Positions 28,037-38,245 of a stretch of 64,000 nt of DNA are shown piece by piece. This stretch comes from Terrimicrobiaceae bacterium (GTDB lineage: Bacteria; Verrucomicrobiota; Verrucomicrobiia; Chthoniobacterales; Terrimicrobiaceae). Under the pieces are notes generated by a model. The model was not told the origin of the DNA. It did no database searches and saw only the letters and a list, made by a program, of their open reading frames with translations. A program made the translations under genes and the position numbers. Within the stretch, counting starts at the first letter, position 1; every line of letters starts with the position of its first letter. Location: contig JBGSVZ010000009.1 in the NCBI GenBank assembly GCA_041752695.1, positions 1-64,000 on the forward strand. Reading direction: 5' to 3'.

Positions 28037-28211
28037 CCTAAAACCGGAAATGGAATTTCACAGAAGGAAACGGAGGTAACGGAGGCTGAGAGGCTTGGGT
28101 AAAAAACGAATCCCGAATTCGGGTCACCTTCTGGGTGAACTGCGGCGTTTTCGCAAATCCATGATTCTTAGCGATCTTCGTTACCTTCTGTAGGCTCATC
28201 GTCTTTTTAGG
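28037..28211. repeat. MITE-like element with CCTAAAA/TTTTAGG ends and internal ACAGAAGG...CCTTCTGT palindrome
   Basis: Terminal and subterminal inverted repeats, 9-mer units (AACGGAGGT); lies between convergent genes. Confidence 0.65.
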
Positions 28212-28237
28212 GTAAGACCCCGCAAATTCGGACCCGC

Positions 28238-29200
28238 CTACCGCGCGCTTTCCCGATCCCCCTCGAGGAGCCGCACCGTCTGCTGCTCCAGCGGCAGCCC
28301 CTCCCAGTCGCCGACAAACGAACAGGCCGCCGCCCCCATCAGGGCCCCCAACGCGAGGGACTTTTCCAGCGGATACCCTTTCATCCGCCCAGCGAGGAAA
28401 CCCGCATCAAAAGCGTCGCCCGCCCCGATGGGATCGACCACCAGGGGAATCTGGTGCGCCGGGGCGTCCACCCGCGTTCCGGCGCGGAAATAACTCGCGC
28501 CTTCCGGTCCCCGCTTGATCACCACTTCCTCGGCACCCAGCGCCAGGATCGCTTCGGCCGCCCCGACAAACCCGTCCGCCACCTCCATGAGGGACTGCGC
28601 TTCCGCTTCGCTACTGAAAACCGCCTGACACAGGCCGATCAGGGGTTTCAGCGCCGCCCGCGCCTCTTCCCAGGTCCAAAGCTTCGAGCGATAGTTGATA
28701 TCAAAATAGACACTCACTCCTTGGGCCGCCGCACGTTGGAGCAAACGGGCAAAAGCCTCCCGGATATCCGCCCGCAGGGCTGGCGTGATCCCGGAGACAA
28801 ACAAAACGCCACCGGCAGAAAACGTCACGGCGTCGGCCATGCTCGCGGCGTTCTGCGCAAACGCGGAATCGTTCCGGTAGTAGACCACCGACGGCTCGCT
28901 CAGCACTTGCGGCTGTTTGATCATCAATCCCGTGCGGGCGGATTCGTCCACCGCCACCAACGAGGAGTCCACCCGCTCCGCGCGAAGCGAACGCAGGATG
29001 GCCTGACCAAACCAATCCGTCCCCACCGCCGAACACAGCGCTGAAGGCACCCCCTGTCGCGCCAGCCCAATGGCCACGTTGGACTCCGCCCCGGCAAAGG
29101 TCAGCGTGGCCGGCGAAGAGGAACTGCCCGGCGCCGTCAGCTGCGCCGCCACCAAACCAAGGGCTTCCCCAAAACAAATCACAGGCGGATGGAAAATCAT
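28238..29200 (-). CDS. PfkB-family sugar kinase (KdgK-like)
   Basis: FGEA, AGAESNVAIGLAR, SGIT, FDINYR.KLW, DPIGAGDAF.AGF. Confidence 0.9.
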   Translation of the reverse strand: MIFHPPVICFGEALGLVAAQLTAPGSSSSPATLTFAGAESNVAIGLARQGVPSALCSAVGTDWFGQAILRSLRAERVDSSLVAVDESARTGLMIKQPQVLSEPSVVYYRNDSAFAQNAASMADAVTFSAGGVLFVSGITPALRADIREAFARLLQRAAAQGVSVYFDINYRSKLWTWEEARAALKPLIGLCQAVFSSEAEAQSLMEVADGFVGAAEAILALGAEEVVIKRGPEGASYFRAGTRVDAPAHQIPLVVDPIGAGDAFDAGFLAGRMKGYPLEKSLALGALMGAAACSFVGDWEGLPLEQQTVRLLEGDRESAR

Positions 29201-29301
29201 GCAGGGACAGAATTGCAAAGTCCGGCACCGAGGGCAATTCAGGGCGTCACCGGGGTGGAATTTTGCCAAAATTGGGCTGGGTCGGGCAGTCCGGCCTGTC
29301 C

Positions 29302-29832
29302 TTATTTTTCCAGAACCGCTGCCAGATTCCGTCCCGCCCGGAATAGCTCCCGTTCCCCCAGCGCCATGGTCTGAAAACGCTCGCGCAGTTTCGCCGATTC
29401 GATTTTCCCGAGTTCCAAAAGAGAACGCACCAAGGCCAGGTCTTTCTCACGACCCACGGTGATTTTCACCGCGGCCAGGTCGTAGGGATCCAGACAGAAG
29501 ACGCTGGGGAACCCTTCCAACACCATCAAGCGGTTCTCCCAACCTGGCGGCAGAGTTTTCGTGATGTCGGGATGGACGATGTCCGCGTGGTAGCCATTGG
29601 CCGCTTCGAAAAGGCTGCCTGCCCCGATGGCTTCGGAAAGGAGACCCGCAATTTGCGGGCCGGTGGGTTCCACTAAAAAATCCGCGTCGAAGGTCGTCGT
29701 GAGGGGTCCATTTTGCTCGCCGAGATCCGGGAAGCTCGAAAGCAGACTGGAGGAGCCCAGCACAATAATCTTCTCGCACCGGCTCAGAGCCTCAATGGCT
29801 TCCGCGAGATGTTTTAATGCGTGTAGCTGCAT
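29302..29832 (-). CDS. Putative nucleotidyltransferase (DUF6036-like)
   Basis: IIVLGS.SL, T.DAD, G..S.F....GY.AD, LP.GWE.RL, DLA..K...GREKD. Confidence 0.75.
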   Translation of the reverse strand: MQLHALKHLAEAIEALSRCEKIIVLGSSSLLSSFPDLGEQNGPLTTTFDADFLVEPTGPQIAGLLSEAIGAGSLFEAANGYHADIVHPDITKTLPPGWENRLMVLEGFPSVFCLDPYDLAAVKITVGREKDLALVRSLLELGKIESAKLRERFQTMALGERELFRAGRNLAAVLEK

Positions 29833-30134
29833 GCCAAAAGAAAAGGACGACGCTCCTCCGCCGACATCACCCCGGCAAACGGCGCAAACTCGCGCTCATA
29901 CGCCGCGATTTCGCTATCCTCGCGCAGGAGGGCGAGCAGGCGGGCCAGTGCCTCGGGTGAGGATTGCGCGGCGAGGATGCAGTCGCGCCACTCATGCAGT
30001 TTGTGCTGCTGGTCGCTGCCATTCGCGATCCACCGCGCGATGTTGGCCAACCCGATTTCGAGCAAGGCGGGATCGCGCGCGATCTTGTCGGCGATCAGGC
30101 GGGACATGCCCAGGCGGTCGAGTCGTTCGGCCAT
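29814..30134 (-). CDS. Small helical protein, putative antitoxin partner of the nucleotidyltransferase
   Basis: IA.KI..DP.LL....ANI.RW ... LL.EDSE....R..APFAGV.S.EER; overlaps the downstream gene. Confidence 0.7.
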   Translation of the reverse strand: MAERLDRLGMSRLIADKIARDPALLEIGLANIARWIANGSDQQHKLHEWRDCILAAQSSPEALARLLALLREDSEIAAYEREFAPFAGVMSAEERRPFLLACSYTH

Positions 30135-30209
30135 GGCGAAAATCCTACCACAGTCCGGCGGAGAGCCGAGGAATTTTCCAGCCTTCCGTCCCGACGCTGC
30201 GCCAATGTA

Positions 30210-30947
30210 ATGTCAGCACCCGTGAAAATCCTTTCCCTCTCTGCCTGGCGCGACCGCCTCCGCCGCGCGGGGTGGCGCGAGTTTGTCCTGCTTCTCGCGG
30301 CCGCGACCCTTTGCGGCAGCGTACTGATTTTTGTCGAGGTCACGGATGAGGTCATGGAGGGGGGATTTAACCACGCCGAGCAGCAATGGATGCGATCCCT
30401 CCGGTCCCCCGAAGACCTCTCTCAGCCCATCGGGCCTCGCTGGCTCCAGCATGTGGGGCTGGACATTTCGGCCCTCGGCGGAGGGGCCGTCCTATCCGTC
30501 ATGACCCTGATCGTGATGGGCTACCTCCTGATCGAGCGCCGTTTTCACGCCGTAATCTTCTTACTTGTCGCCGCTCTGGGAGGACTCTTCCTCAACAAAT
30601 CCCTCAAGGCCCTGTTCGGGAGAGAGCGCCCCGACATCGTGCCCCACCTCTCCGAGGTGAGCTCCGCCAGCTATCCCAGCGGTCACTCGATGCTTTCGTC
30701 GATCATTTACCTTACCCTCGGCGTGATGCTCGCGCGTTCGGTTAAATCCCGGACGCTGAAAATTTACTGCATCTCCGTGGCGCTGGGGTTGAGCTTTTTT
30801 ATTGGTCTTTCCCGCGTCTTCCTCGGGGTCCATTACCCCACCGATGTCGTCGCAGGCTGGGCAGCCGGCACGGGATATGCCATGCTCTGCGCGCTCGCCG
30901 CCTATTGGTTGCAAACCCGCGGCGCGGTCGAACCCGAATCTCACTGA
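30210..30947 (+). CDS. PAP2-family membrane phosphatase
   Basis: K.LFGRERP, SYPSGH, SRVFLGVHYPTDV.AG. Confidence 0.92.
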   Translation: MSAPVKILSLSAWRDRLRRAGWREFVLLLAAATLCGSVLIFVEVTDEVMEGGFNHAEQQWMRSLRSPEDLSQPIGPRWLQHVGLDISALGGGAVLSVMTLIVMGYLLIERRFHAVIFLLVAALGGLFLNKSLKALFGRERPDIVPHLSEVSSASYPSGHSMLSSIIYLTLGVMLARSVKSRTLKIYCISVALGLSFFIGLSRVFLGVHYPTDVVAGWAAGTGYAMLCALAAYWLQTRGAVEPESH

Positions 30948-30948
30948 A

Positions 30949-31164
30949 ATGATCAAACTCGCGCAAAATCAGGTCTGGAAACAAGGCGAGGACTATCTCC
31001 GTATCGTCCAGCTCGAACGCACCGAAGTCCGCTACAAAAACGTGCGCGATTTCGGCACCGGAGACGGCACCCACCATCATGTGAGCAAAAAGGAATTCTG
31101 CCGCCTCATCAAAGGCGCCTCCTTGCTGACGCAGGAGGAAATCCGCGACCGCTGGCAGCGGTAG
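30949..31164 (+). CDS. Small hypothetical protein (71 aa)
   Basis: Starts 1 nt after the PAP2 stop; globular-looking sequence (LAQNQVWK...IV.LER..V.YK...SKKEFCRL.K). Confidence 0.7.
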   Translation: MIKLAQNQVWKQGEDYLRIVQLERTEVRYKNVRDFGTGDGTHHHVSKKEFCRLIKGASLLTQEEIRDRWQR

Positions 31165-31217
31165 GGCGGATTCTCCGCAATCCGCCGTCGACGGACGGCT
31201 GGGACAGCCGCCCCTAC
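31161..31217. repeat. Inverted pair of GTAG-type REPs
   Basis: GTAG-GGCGGATT-CTCCGC-AATCCGCC ... GGACGGCT-GGGAC-AGCCGCCC-CTAC. Confidence 0.75.
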
Positions 31218-32836
31218 CCCTTGAACGGCAGCATCGAGATCTCGAGGTTTTCGTTTTTGCTTTCGAAATAGCTGAACGACCACTCGGTGCCGAAGAGGGC
31301 CACCGTCCCGCCGTCGGCGTCCATCGCCAGGGCCGCGCCACTGGGCAGGACCAACTCCGGCAAGTCTCCCCCACCCTTCAGGCGGATCCAACGTGCGACG
31401 GACCATGAGGCCATTTCGACGCGGCATTTTGCGCCATATTCGGACTCCAGGCGGTATTGCAGCACTTCAAATTGCAGCGGACCCACCGCGCCAAGCAGCG
31501 GCGTCCGGGTGACCGAATCCTTCAGCTCAAAAGCCTGCGCCACCCCTTCCCGCAGCAACTGGTCGAGACCCTCCCGGAAACGCTTGCCCGTCGCCGTGCT
31601 CGCACTGTGAATGCGCGCAAAACATTCCGGGGCGAACCGCGGAATTTCGTCAAACCGGATCGCCGGGTCCTCGGAAAGCGTGTCGCCGATTTGAAAATCT
31701 TGATTCCCCACCAGCCCGACCACGTCGCCCGCCCAGGCCGAATCCACCGTCTCGCGTTCCTGCGCAAAAAGACGCTGGGAGTTGGACAGCCGCACCGGCT
31801 TGCCCGTGCGCGGATGCGCCACCACCATGTCGCGGCGGAATTCTCCGGAAACAATCCGGATAAACGCCACGCGGTCGCGGTGTTTGGGGTTCATGTTCGC
31901 CTGGATCTTGAACACAAAACCCGAAAACGCCGGACGCAAGGGCGAAACCTCACCCGCTTCGCAGATCCGCGTCGCGGGTTCGGGCGCGAGTTTCAGAAAA
32001 TGATCCAGCAACAACTGCACGCCGAAATTGTTCATCGCGCTGCCGAAAAAGACCGGTGTCAACCGCCCCGCCCGAATCTCATCCAGGTTGAACTCCGCCC
32101 CGGCTCCCTCCAACAGATCGATTTCGTCCCGAAAGGTCGCATAGACGTCCGGCGCCATCGCGTCGCGCACCAGGGCATCGTCCACCCCGCCCACCTGTTC
32201 CGGCGCGCGATAAGCACCCTGCGGGGTTTTTTGGAAAAGATGCACTTCCTGAGCCTGACGGTCAAAAACGCCGCGGAATTCCGGCCCGTTGCCCAGCGGC
32301 CAGTTGATCGGCAGGGCGTGGATGCCGAGCACGTTTTCCAACTCGTCCAGTAGATCGAGCGGCGGACGCGTCGGCCGGTCGAGTTTGTTCATGAAGGTGA
32401 AAATCGGCACGCCCCGCTGACGACACACTTCAAACAGTTTGCGCGTCTGCGTTTCGATACCCTTGGCCGCATCAATCACCATCACCGCTGCATCCACCGC
32501 CGTGAGCACCCGGTAGGTGTCCTCGGAAAAATCCTTGTGCCCCGGAGTATCGAGCAGATTGACCACGCAACCGCCATATTCGAATTGCAACACCGTCGAG
32601 GACACGGAAATGCCGCGCTGACGCTCCAACTCCATCCAGTCGCTCGTCGTGGCCCGCTGGTCCTTGCGCGTCGTCACCATGCCCGCGAGCTGGAGCGCGC
32701 CGCCGTAGAGCAGAAACTTCTCCGTGAGCGTGGTCTTTCCGGCGTCCGGGTGCGAAATGATAGCAAACGTCCGCCGCCGGGAAATTTCCTGGGCAGCCTT
32801 GCCGGCATTCTCCGGCGGATTTTCTAAAACGGGCAT
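31214..32836 (-). CDS. prfC: Peptide chain release factor 3
   Basis: RRRTFAIISHPDAGKTT, RGISV, DTPGH.DFSEDTYR, KIQANM...HRDR, GAVG.LQFEV. Confidence 0.97.
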   Translation of the reverse strand: MPVLENPPENAGKAAQEISRRRTFAIISHPDAGKTTLTEKFLLYGGALQLAGMVTTRKDQRATTSDWMELERQRGISVSSTVLQFEYGGCVVNLLDTPGHKDFSEDTYRVLTAVDAAVMVIDAAKGIETQTRKLFEVCRQRGVPIFTFMNKLDRPTRPPLDLLDELENVLGIHALPINWPLGNGPEFRGVFDRQAQEVHLFQKTPQGAYRAPEQVGGVDDALVRDAMAPDVYATFRDEIDLLEGAGAEFNLDEIRAGRLTPVFFGSAMNNFGVQLLLDHFLKLAPEPATRICEAGEVSPLRPAFSGFVFKIQANMNPKHRDRVAFIRIVSGEFRRDMVVAHPRTGKPVRLSNSQRLFAQERETVDSAWAGDVVGLVGNQDFQIGDTLSEDPAIRFDEIPRFAPECFARIHSASTATGKRFREGLDQLLREGVAQAFELKDSVTRTPLLGAVGPLQFEVLQYRLESEYGAKCRVEMASWSVARWIRLKGGGDLPELVLPSGAALAMDADGGTVALFGTEWSFSYFESKNENLEISMLPFKG

Positions 32837-32890
32837 CGGCCCTTTCTAACGTCCGGCCGGAGCGGCCGAAAGAAGGAAAATGCGGAAGAA

Positions 32891-33358
32891 CTACCCTTCC
32901 TGCACGGTGGCGGCCACACCAAGCTCGCGGGCCAACCCGGCAAAGAGCCCGTGGTAGACATCGGCTAGAATCGCGCGGGCGTCGGCATCGGCCCCCTCCC
33001 GCGGCTGATAATAGCCGGTCACCAGCAAATGCGTCTGCCCCGCCCCCAATGCCTGGAGCTGCTGCGTGCAAAAATAATGCTCCCACGGGAAGCCATCCGG
33101 TTGCTCCATCGCATAGGATTGCCGGAACTGCTCGGGATGAAACCCAATCAGTACCTCCCTCGCCGAGCCGCCGCCGGTGAAGGTGAGTGAACGCACCGCC
33201 CCCACCCCATCTCCCTCCACCGCACTCGTCGCGACCATTTCCGGCAACAATCCCGGCAGGCCGTTAAAATCGGCCAGCAGCTTCCAGAGCGGAGCCGGAT
33301 CGGTGGAGTAGATCGCGTGGGTGGAATAGACACGCCAGGGGGGATGAGCGGTGGACAT
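32891..33358 (-). CDS. SRPBCC (START-like) family protein
   Basis: W.L.ADF.GL....P......VEGDGVGAVR.L.F..G....E.L. Confidence 0.8.
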   Translation of the reverse strand: MSTAHPPWRVYSTHAIYSTDPAPLWKLLADFNGLPGLLPEMVATSAVEGDGVGAVRSLTFTGGGSAREVLIGFHPEQFRQSYAMEQPDGFPWEHYFCTQQLQALGAGQTHLLVTGYYQPREGADADARAILADVYHGLFAGLARELGVAATVQEG

Positions 33359-33458
33359 CCCGCAAGTGTCAGACGAACCTGAGGGAAGCGCAATCCCCAA
33401 CCGGCGGTTTAGCGTTTTCCCTCCGCACCCGTCGTTTCCGCCGCTTTCTTTCGGAAGC

Positions 33459-36400
33459 TCAGGCCTTCTCCGCCGCGATCTCCCGGTCGACGGCCGCATC
33501 ATCTCCGCGTTTGAAGAAGGCGATTCTATCGAGGTGGCGTTCCTGGAATTTTTCCATGTACACGTAGAACACCGGCGTGCAAAAGAGGGTGAGAATTTGC
33601 GCGACAATCAGGCCACCCACAATGCAAAGCCCCATGGGCTGACGCGAAGAGCCATCCGCGCCAAAACCCAACGCCATCGGCAAAGCGCCGAAGATCGCCG
33701 CAAAGGTGGTCATAAGGATCGGGCGGACGCGTTCGATGGCGGCCTCCACGGCGGCGGCCTCAATGCCCAGGCCCTCCCGGCGGCGTTGAATGGCAAAGTC
33801 CACCAGCATGATGCCGTTTTTCTTGATCAGGCCGAGGAGCAGAAAGAGGCCGATGAAACCGTAGAGGTCGAGGGTCATGCCAAAGAGCTGCAAAGTGGCC
33901 AGCCCGCCCAGGCTGGCGACCGGCAGGGTGGAGAGGACGGTGATCGGGTGGATGTAACTTTCGTAAAGAACACCTAAGATGAGATACATCACAAAAATCG
34001 CAATGATGAGCAGGGCGACCATGGCTTGCACGGTCTGGATAAATTGCTGACTCGTCCCCGCCGGCGCTCCCGCCACGGTGGGCGGGAGGATTTCCTGCGC
34101 AGCCTGGGTGATCGCGGCCGTGGCTTCGCTGGCGGGATAGTCCGGGGCCAGATTGTAAAAGAGGGTCACCGAGGTGATCTGGTTGATGTGACTAATGGAT
34201 TCCGGCCCGGTTTTTGTTTTGGGCCGGACCAGGGAGCCGAGCGGCACCAGGGCGTTGTCGGTGTTGCGCACCCACAGGAGGTTGAGGTCGGCCAGGGTCG
34301 CGCGCTGCTTGTCGAGGAGTTCGAGAATCACCCAATAAACGTTTAAGGGCGTCTGGATCTGTCCTGCCTGACCCTGGGAAAACGCCGCCGCCAGCGTGTT
34401 CTCGATGTCGGCCACGTTGACCCCGTAGCTGTAGGCCTGGTCGCGGAGGATCTCGAGTTCCTGAAACGGCGTGTTCATCCGCATGTCGCTGGAGACCTGG
34501 GCAAAGCCTTTGATTTTTTGCAGATGGGCGACGAGTTGCTCGGCGGTTTTGTACAGCAGGTCGGGGTCCGTGCTGGTGAGCTGAAAAGCGTACTGGCCCT
34601 GCATGTTGGAGGTGGCCCCGGTGTCGATTTCCAAGGTGGGATAAGGCTGGATCAGCGGGGTGACTCCGGGCACTTCCGCGCGGACTTTGGCGGTGACACG
34701 TTCCGACACCTCCGCGATGGGCGAACGGGAGCCGACCGGTTTCAGGAGCAACACCGTAAGGCCCATCGAGGTGGTAATCTGGCTGTTCTGCAGGCCGGTG
34801 ACGGTAATGGCCTGGTCCACCGCAGGATCGGCTTGGAAGATCGCCTGGAGTTGCTTTTGATAGGCCTGCATCTGCGCCGGCGAACTGCCTTCGGCCGCCA
34901 GAAAGACACCGCGAATCATGCCACTATCCCCAATGGGGAGGAACCCCTTAGGCACGATGAAGAAAAGCCAGATCGTGCCGGCCAGCGAAAGCACCCATAC
35001 GGCGAACGCCAGAAAATGGCGCGCCATCACCCAATCGAGCGCGGATTTATAGCGGGCTTTAAATCCGTCAAACGCCCGGTCAAAACGCTCCTGGTACGCG
35101 TTCTTTTTTTCCGTCTTTTTCAGCAACCGCGCGCAGACCATGGGCGAGACGACAATGGCAATGACGCCGGACAAAACGATGGCCACCACAATGGTGATGG
35201 CCATCTCGTTGAACATCCGCCCGATCAGACCCGGCATAAAAATAATCGGGATGAAAATCGCGGAGAGCGACAGCGTCATCGACAGCACGGTGAAGCTGAT
35301 TTCCTTCGCGCCGAGGAGGGCGGCGAGGGTGGGAGGTTTGCCGGCATCGAGGTGGCGGACGGTGTTTTCCAGCACGACGACGGCATCGTCCACCAGCAGG
35401 CCCACCGCCAGAGTGAGGGCCATCAGGGAAAGGTTATCCAGGCTGTAGCCCAGCATGAACATGACGGCAAACGTGCCCAGCAGCGCCAGGGGCAGGGCGA
35501 TCACCGGCACCACGGTCTCGCGCACGCGGCCGAGGAACAGGAAAACCACCAGAACGACCAGCGCGAAGGCGATCAGAATGGTCAGTTTGACGTCGTCGAT
35601 GCTCTCGACGATCTGCACCGAACGATCGTAGTTCACGTACGACTCGATAGACGCAGGGAGTGAACTCTGGAGCTTGGCCAGAGTCGCATGCACCGACTCA
35701 GCCACCTGCACGTCGTTGGCTCCCGGTGCGGGAGTCACGGCCACGACCAGAGTGGACGCCATCTGTTTTTCCCAACTGGTCCAGAAGTCAATATTGAGAT
35801 ACTGACTCTGCAGGCCGTCCACCGGATGAGCGACATCGCGCAGCCGAACGGGAGCATTTTTCTCGTAGCGAAGGATGATGTCGTTGTAGTCCTTCGCCTC
35901 CAGAAGCTGCCCCTTGGGATTGATAATGTATTGCAGCGAATTGCCGTAAATCTGGCCCCCGGGGGTGAAGACGTTGGCATTTTTCACGGCATTGGCCACG
36001 TCGAGCACGGTGAGCCCGCGGGCGGACAGCGCGTTGGCATCCATCTTGATATTCACCGCACGCGCCGAGCCATAGACGCTGGCGTTGGACACGCCCTCCA
36101 GCATCATCATGCGCTGCGCGACCATGTTGTTCGCGTAGTCGTAAAGGTCGCCCATCGTCAGCGTGTCCGAGGCCAGGGTGATATAGACGATGGGCTGCGT
36201 GTTCGGATTGGTGGTTTCGAAACTGGGCGGGGCGGGAAGATCGGCCGGCAGGTTGCCCTGGGCCCGCTGGATCGCCGCCTCGACCTCCGCCTCGGCTTGG
36301 CCCATGTCCTTATCCAAAACGAACTGCAGAATAATATTGCTCGTGCCCTCCTGGTTTTTGGAGGTGATCAGATTAAGCCCCTCAATTTGCATCATCTGAA

Positions 36401-36605
36401 TCTCCAGCGGCGTGGAAACATTGTTCGCCATGATCTGCGGACTGGCCCCGGGATAACTCGTGGTCACCGAAATCACCGGATAGGCGACGTCCGGCAAATC
36501 ACTGACCGGCAGGTGAAAATACGCCACCGCCCCAAAGATCGCCATGGCAAACGCGCACAGCGTGGTCATCACCGGCTTGCGGATAAATGGCTCGGAGAGG
36601 TTCAT
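33459..36605 (-). CDS. RND efflux permease (MdtB/MdtC-like)
   Basis: MNLSEPFIRKPV.TT, GLLVDDAVVVLEN, KKNGIMLVDF, R.RPILMTT. Confidence 0.95.
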   Translation of the reverse strand: MNLSEPFIRKPVMTTLCAFAMAIFGAVAYFHLPVSDLPDVAYPVISVTTSYPGASPQIMANNVSTPLEIQMMQIEGLNLITSKNQEGTSNIILQFVLDKDMGQAEAEVEAAIQRAQGNLPADLPAPPSFETTNPNTQPIVYITLASDTLTMGDLYDYANNMVAQRMMMLEGVSNASVYGSARAVNIKMDANALSARGLTVLDVANAVKNANVFTPGGQIYGNSLQYIINPKGQLLEAKDYNDIILRYEKNAPVRLRDVAHPVDGLQSQYLNIDFWTSWEKQMASTLVVAVTPAPGANDVQVAESVHATLAKLQSSLPASIESYVNYDRSVQIVESIDDVKLTILIAFALVVLVVFLFLGRVRETVVPVIALPLALLGTFAVMFMLGYSLDNLSLMALTLAVGLLVDDAVVVLENTVRHLDAGKPPTLAALLGAKEISFTVLSMTLSLSAIFIPIIFMPGLIGRMFNEMAITIVVAIVLSGVIAIVVSPMVCARLLKKTEKKNAYQERFDRAFDGFKARYKSALDWVMARHFLAFAVWVLSLAGTIWLFFIVPKGFLPIGDSGMIRGVFLAAEGSSPAQMQAYQKQLQAIFQADPAVDQAITVTGLQNSQITTSMGLTVLLLKPVGSRSPIAEVSERVTAKVRAEVPGVTPLIQPYPTLEIDTGATSNMQGQYAFQLTSTDPDLLYKTAEQLVAHLQKIKGFAQVSSDMRMNTPFQELEILRDQAYSYGVNVADIENTLAAAFSQGQAGQIQTPLNVYWVILELLDKQRATLADLNLLWVRNTDNALVPLGSLVRPKTKTGPESISHINQITSVTLFYNLAPDYPASEATAAITQAAQEILPPTVAGAPAGTSQQFIQTVQAMVALLIIAIFVMYLILGVLYESYIHPITVLSTLPVASLGGLATLQLFGMTLDLYGFIGLFLLLGLIKKNGIMLVDFAIQRRREGLGIEAAAVEAAIERVRPILMTTFAAIFGALPMALGFGADGSSRQPMGLCIVGGLIVAQILTLFCTPVFYVYMEKFQERHLDRIAFFKRGDDAAVDREIAAEKA

Positions 36606-36717
36606 TGGGGAAAGACGCGGAGACGGGGCTGCAACGAGCCTTGCGAGGTCAGACTTTCAAAGGGGGTGACACGGAGAAATTCCCCTCGCCGCCGCCTCTC
36701 CTTCTCTCCGTGTCTCC

Positions 36718-37830
36718 TCATTTCTGGACCGGTGCCTTCCAGGCGGAAGGGTTCACCTTCGTGCCGGTGTTGAGCCCGAGTTGGCCGGCGGTAACCACCC
36801 GGTCGTTGACGGCAAGACCATCGGAAATGACGGTGACATCACCCTGACGCTGACCCTGCGTGACGTTGCGCTGGGTGACCGTATTGTCGGGGTTCACGAC
36901 AAAAACATAAGGCCCCTGTTGCCCAATCATCACGCACGGAGAGGGAATGACGATGGAGTTTTCCAGAGTGGCAAGAATGAGGCGCACATTGACGAACAGG
37001 CCCGGCCAGAGCCGGGTGTCCTCGTTGGGCAAAGTGGCTTCCAAAGTCAGGGTCCCGGTGGAACTCGCGATGTCGTTGTTGATAAAGGTCAACTTGCCCG
37101 GGATCACGCTGCCGTCGGCCGCCCCGGGAATCGTGACCTCCACCGGCAGCTCCCCTCCTTTGGCAAAATACTGGCGAACATCGTCGAAGTCGTTTTCCGA
37201 GATGGTGAAATTTACGTAGATCGGACTGATCGTCTGAACATTGATGATCTGGGTATTGTTGGCGGTGACCAGATTGCCCGCATCGACCAGATAGAGTCCC
37301 ACCTTGCCATCGATGGGGGACGTGATCGTACAATACCCGAGATTAATTTTCGCATCGGCCAGTTGGCCTTCGGCGGTCAGCACCGCGCCCTGGGCCTGGA
37401 GTTGATTGGCTTCCGCGTTTTGCAGATCCGCGAGGTCGATGGTTTTGGTTTTGAAGAGGGCCTGCTGACGCTGGAGCGTCACCTCGGCATTGGCCAGTTG
37501 CGCTTTGGCGGAATCCAGACTGCCCTGCGCCTCCTGCACCGCAGCCTCGTAAGGGCGCGGATCGATCTGCGCGATCAGGTCGCCGGCCTTGACCATGGCT
37601 CCCTGCGCCACGGCGTATTTGAGCAAAGTCCCCGTGACCTGCGCCTGTAGGGTGACATTGGCAATGGAGTCGCAGTTGCCGAACGTCGAAATGGTGAGAG
37701 GCATCGTCCTGGCCTCAGCCGTGGCAAACGTCACCGGAGGCGGCGGCAGCGCGTCAGACGCCACTTTTTTCTGGCAGGAAACCAACCCGGCCAGCGTGAT
37801 TCCCAAAATAAAGACCCCCGCGCGTTTCAT
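36718..37830 (-). CDS. RND periplasmic adaptor (MdtA-like lipoprotein)
   Basis: Lipobox LVSC; IDPRPY, I.SPIDG..G, N.D..LWPG.FVNV. Confidence 0.93.
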   Translation of the reverse strand: MKRAGVFILGITLAGLVSCQKKVASDALPPPPVTFATAEARTMPLTISTFGNCDSIANVTLQAQVTGTLLKYAVAQGAMVKAGDLIAQIDPRPYEAAVQEAQGSLDSAKAQLANAEVTLQRQQALFKTKTIDLADLQNAEANQLQAQGAVLTAEGQLADAKINLGYCTITSPIDGKVGLYLVDAGNLVTANNTQIINVQTISPIYVNFTISENDFDDVRQYFAKGGELPVEVTIPGAADGSVIPGKLTFINNDIASSTGTLTLEATLPNEDTRLWPGLFVNVRLILATLENSIVIPSPCVMIGQQGPYVFVVNPDNTVTQRNVTQGQRQGDVTVISDGLAVNDRVVTAGQLGLNTGTKVNPSAWKAPVQK

Positions 37831-38086
37831 CCGCCCCGGTAGGTAAATGGAGGAAAGCAGGGTGTCAATCTTCGGTGCCCTCCAGAGGCACACAGGAGCC
37901 AGGAGAGAGTTGCTCCCGGGCCAATTCACACTCGGTGAAGCAATACGATGCAGAGGCACGGGTCCAACACTTTGGCTGTCGCCAGCAACCCAGGGTCTTC
38001 GTTCAGCTCCCATTACGGGCAAGAGAAGGGGGGTCAGGCAGGCGCGAACCACTGCCAATCCTCAGGGTCGTATGAGGATTTTCGGG

Positions 38087-38245
38087 TCATCCCCCTTTCG
38101 GGCTCTTCAGCTTTTGTGTCCGGCAGCGGTCGCTGCAAAACCGGACCTCGTCCCAGACGCGTTCCCATTTTTTCCGCCACGAGAACGTGCGTCGGCAGGT
38201 GGCGCAAAGCTTTTCTGGCAGGTGCTGTTTTTTAACGCCCCTCAT
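38087..38245 (-). CDS. DUF2256 family small zinc-finger protein
   Basis: LP.K.C..C.R.FSWRKKW...[10 protein letters not shown]. Confidence 0.85.
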   Translation of the reverse strand: MRGVKKQHLPEKLCATCRRTFSWRKKWERVWDEVRFCSDRCRTQKLKSPKGG

